This document shows positions 59,232-62,086 of a DNA stretch of 62,086 nucleotides, piece after piece. Each line of letters opens with the position of its first letter. Within the stretch, counting starts at the first letter, position 1. A program made the translations under genes and the position numbers. The stretch is from an uncultured Granulosicoccaceae bacterium. Its GTDB lineage: Bacteria > Pseudomonadota > Gammaproteobacteria > Granulosicoccales > Granulosicoccaceae. Below the pieces are notes generated by a model. The model was given only the letters and a program-made list of their open reading frames with translations. It was not told the DNA's origin and did no database searches. The stretch spans positions 1 to 62,086 of the forward strand of contig CAYLZS010000129.1 of NCBI GenBank assembly GCA_964388065.1, given 5' to 3'.

Positions 59232-60455
59232 ATGACCACTGACACAAAAGACTACCTGGACCACAATGGCTTTTTGATTGCCAGAGAATTTCACCGCTTC
59301 ATGGAACAGTCGGTGATTACATCGACGTCACTCAGCGCAGAAGACTTTTGGCAGGCTTTTTATGAACTGCTCACCAGATCAGCAACCGACAAAACCGAAT
59401 GCACACAAGCCGGTCCCTTATGCGAGCAGTCAATGACCGAGATTCCGGTTAGTCAGTGCAATCAGACCGCCGATGCTGCTACCTCCTGGGGAAGCCTTTA
59501 CCAGGCTTTGTACACTGACAACGCCATACCACATAGTGCCGGCTTAAAGCCCGGTACCAGTGTCAACGCTGCACGACGCGATCGTGTAATCCACTGCGCA
59601 AAGGACTTCCTGGATAAAACCTATCCGCTGACCGAAGGCTCGCATCGTGACGCGCTGAGCTACATGGTGTACTTCCAGAATCTGCTGGTGATTCTTGCCG
59701 ATGGCAGTACCACCGGCCTGCAGAATCCAAATCAGTATGCAGGCAAGAACGGCCCAAGGGACAAACCAGACAGCATTCTGCTGGAACACAACGGAATCCA
59801 TACCGAAATTCTGTTTGACTGCAATGGCCACACTGGCTGCAAGGACCTGGCTGCCATTGACGATATTCAGCTCGAATCAGCCATCCCGACCCTGTTCAAC
59901 TTAAACGCCGACACTGTCAGCCAGAAGTGCAGCACCTACGACAACTGGATGCAAATTGTAAAACGCCGTGGAAAAACATTTTCCAACCGGCTTGGTGAGA
60001 ACGTTTCGATCGATTGCAACAACTGGGCAATAACTACTTCCGCAAATGACAACCCCATCGACAGTCACTCAAATGCACTGGTACTCGATCAACAGGGATA
60101 CCGGGTGCCCGAAGCAATCATCGATGTGCTGACCGCGGCTGTTATTAACTCAGCTTTCTCAAAGGGTTCGAATCAACTGAATGTAGTTGCGCTGCAACCA
60201 GATGAGAATATCAGCGACTGCTTTATAGCCGGTTTACAGCAGATGCTGGCACTGACTGCCGGAATTCAACGGGCTGAACCGGTACCAGCCCCTGGTGAAA
60301 CCCGGATTAAAGTATTTGCAGCCTCTGCCGATAATCCCGCTCAAACCAAAAACCGGTCCATACCTGAAGTTTCCCAATTGAGAAGTCCCGCTACTGAAGT
60401 CCTCAGCACAATGCGTAGTCACGGATATGACGTGAAGCAGACAGCCTCAATGTAA
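59232..60455 (+). CDS. malate synthase G-like protein, truncated and lacking recognisable catalytic residues (pseudoenzyme or gene remnant)
   Basis: 407 codons from ATG 59232 (RBS GGAG). WGSLYQALY, FLDKTYPLTEGSH, ILLEHNGIHTEILFD and IQLESAIPTL line up by eye with the GlcB blocks RWGSLYDALY, FLD..LPL..GS, LL.NNGLHIE..ID and E(S/A)AI.TI.D.EDS. The ORF stops where GlcB would be only about 60 percent complete. Confidence 0.55.
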   Translation: MTTDTKDYLDHNGFLIAREFHRFMEQSVITSTSLSAEDFWQAFYELLTRSATDKTECTQAGPLCEQSMTEIPVSQCNQTADAATSWGSLYQALYTDNAIPHSAGLKPGTSVNAARRDRVIHCAKDFLDKTYPLTEGSHRDALSYMVYFQNLLVILADGSTTGLQNPNQYAGKNGPRDKPDSILLEHNGIHTEILFDCNGHTGCKDLAAIDDIQLESAIPTLFNLNADTVSQKCSTYDNWMQIVKRRGKTFSNRLGENVSIDCNNWAITTSANDNPIDSHSNALVLDQQGYRVPEAIIDVLTAAVINSAFSKGSNQLNVVALQPDENISDCFIAGLQQMLALTAGIQRAEPVPAPGETRIKVFAASADNPAQTKNRSIPEVSQLRSPATEVLSTMRSHGYDVKQTASM

Positions 60456-60526
60456 CTGGCCAGATCCAAAGATTTTTTTATACCGGACTAAGCAAACCCG
60501 GCCCAACTAAAACACAGAGGTGATTC

Positions 60527-62086
60527 GTGAATTCATATTCGGATGAGATAAACAACAGCGCAAAAGTAATTTCCGCAGCTGGCAGTTCCTGGAGCGCGAT
60601 TGATGCAGAGTACGTAGCGAGAATGCGATTGCAAAACCGCTTTCATACCGGGCTCGACATCGCCCGACATACTGCCAAAATCATGCGTGAAGATATGGCG
60701 GCCTACGATGCCGACTCTTCAAAGTACACACAGTCACTGGGTGTATGGCACGGCTTTATTGCACAACAAAAAATGATCTCGGTAAAAAAACACTTTGCAG
60801 AAACCCGCGGTCGCTACCTTTACCTGTCAGGCTGGATGATCGCGGCGCTGCGTTCTGAATTTGGTCCTTTGCCTGATCAGTCAATGCATGAGAAAACATC
60901 TGTTCCGGCATTAATCGAGGAACTGTACACGTTTCTTAGACAAGCTGACGCTCGTGAACTTCGACACCTCTTTACCGAACTCGACGACGCTAAAGCTCAG
61001 GGTAACGAAGTAGCTGCAAAAGCTGTTACTACTAAAATTGATAACTTCGAAACTCATGTTGTGCCAATCATTGCAGATATTGATGCGGGTTTTGGTAACG
61101 AAGAAGCGACTTACCTGCTGGCAAAAAAGCTGATTGAAGCCGGTGCATGTTGCCTGCAGATTGAAAATCAGGTATCCGACGTCAAGCAGTGTGGTCACCA
61201 GGACGGCAAAGTCACCGTACCTCACGAAGATTTCATCGCAAAGATCAATGCACTGCGTTACGCATTTCTTGAACTGGGCGTAGACGACGGCGTTATCGTT
61301 GCACGTACTGACTCACTAGGAGCAGGACTAACTCAAAAAATTCCAGTGTCTAAGGCACCGGGAGATCTGGCTGACCAATATATTTCATTCATTGACGGCG
61401 AAGAAGTAACAGACGCGTCTGAACTGGGTTCCGGCGATATTGTTATAAAGCGCGAAGGCAAGATGGTGAAAACCTCACGCCTGCCTAACGGATTGATTCA
61501 GTTCAAGCCAGACACTGGCGAAGACCGTGTTGTACTCGATTGCATAACAGCGCTTGAAAATGGTGCAGATCTTTTATGGATTGAAACTGAAAAGCCGCAC
61601 GTAGGTCAGATTGCAGGCATGGTTAACCGCATTCGCGATGTCATTCCAAACGCCAAGCTGGTTTACAACAACAGTCCTTCATTTAACTGGACGCTAAACT
61701 TCCGTCAGCAGGTGTTCGATAGCTGGAGTGAAGCGGGTAAAGACGTTTCTGCTTTTGATCGCGACGATCTGATGGACATCAAATACGACGATACTGACCT
61801 AAGCCGCGAAGCAGATGAGAAGATCCGTACCTTTCAGGCAGATGCCGCAGCAGGTGCAGTAATATTCCATCATCTCATTACTCTGCCTACCTATCATACA
61901 GCCGCACTGTCTACTGACACGCTGGCTAAAGGCTACTTCGGTGAAGAAGGTATGCTGGCTTATGTATTCAATGTACAGCGTCAGGAAATTCGCAATGGTC
62001 TCGCGTGTGTTAAGCACCAGGATATGGCGGGTTCAAACATTGGTGATGATCACAAAGAGTACTTCTCTGGAAATCAGGCACTGAAA
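60527..62086 (+). CDS. aceA: isocitrate lyase, long (Pseudomonas AceA-type) form; partial, continues beyond window end
   Basis: Absent from the ORF track because it has no stop in the window. The GTG at 60527 (RBS AGAGG) gives VNSYSDEINN...SSWSAIDAEYVARMRLQNRFHTGLDIA...PLPDQSMHEKT...IIADIDAGFGNEEATYLLAKKLIEAGACCLQIENQVSDVKQCGHQDGKVTVPH...LWIETEKPHVGQ, with 520 in-frame codons to the window end. Confidence 0.9.
   Translation, partial: MNSYSDEINNSAKVISAAGSSWSAIDAEYVARMRLQNRFHTGLDIARHTAKIMREDMAAYDADSSKYTQSLGVWHGFIAQQKMISVKKHFAETRGRYLYLSGWMIAALRSEFGPLPDQSMHEKTSVPALIEELYTFLRQADARELRHLFTELDDAKAQGNEVAAKAVTTKIDNFETHVVPIIADIDAGFGNEEATYLLAKKLIEAGACCLQIENQVSDVKQCGHQDGKVTVPHEDFIAKINALRYAFLELGVDDGVIVARTDSLGAGLTQKIPVSKAPGDLADQYISFIDGEEVTDASELGSGDIVIKREGKMVKTSRLPNGLIQFKPDTGEDRVVLDCITALENGADLLWIETEKPHVGQIAGMVNRIRDVIPNAKLVYNNSPSFNWTLNFRQQVFDSWSEAGKDVSAFDRDDLMDIKYDDTDLSREADEKIRTFQADAAAGAVIFHHLITLPTYHTAALSTDTLAKGYFGEEGMLAYVFNVQRQEIRNGLACVKHQDMAGSNIGDDHKEYFSGNQALK

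Noticed and set aside
60155-60180. tRNA-like T-loop sequence GGGTTCGAATC.
   Set aside because: The flanking bases cannot form a T-stem or the rest of a cloverleaf, and it lies inside an open reading frame.

Overview
This 62-kb chromosomal segment reads like a compact marine gammaproteobacterial genome. That guess is inference only, from a Pseudomonas-type long isocitrate lyase, FadBA, HspQ and YajD. It holds about 57 tightly packed protein genes, mostly for nutrient uptake and catabolism. Transport: two Dpp/Opp-type ABC importers (490-5908 and 10238-15748), one Liv-type ABC importer (16165-20874), and a DctPQM TRAP transporter in one operon with an amidase and a CaiB-type CoA-transferase (37117-43108). 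Metabolism: hmgA, trpBA, a fadBA plus acyl-CoA dehydrogenase block, an IlvD/Edd dehydratase, an MMPL/RND exporter, a REC-GGDEF regulator, and a glyoxylate-shunt locus whose aceA runs off the 3' end. By eye I saw no rRNA, tRNA, CRISPR array, transposase, integrase, phage gene or recognisable defence gene. I did not find a clear-cut new multi-gene system. The observations most worth follow-up are: (1) an intact ~407-codon ORF that looks like a truncated, active-site-less malate synthase G, between a RamB/ScfR-type regulator and aceA; (2) six short tandem-repeat arrays (12-23 bp units, about 2.5-6 copies) at gene boundaries; (3) a ~196-bp element with 24-bp perfect terminal inverted repeats (MITE-like); (4) a 1-nt frameshift in fadA at the catalytic His codon; (5) a CBM9-like lipoprotein followed by an internally deleted but still conserved mini-paralog; (6) a dctPQM-amidase-CoA-transferase operon of unknown substrate divergent from beta-oxidation genes; (7) an uncharacterised 12-TM-class membrane protein paired head-to-head with a permuted papain-like enzyme. 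All functional calls come from motif recognition by eye on the supplied translations; no database search was run.
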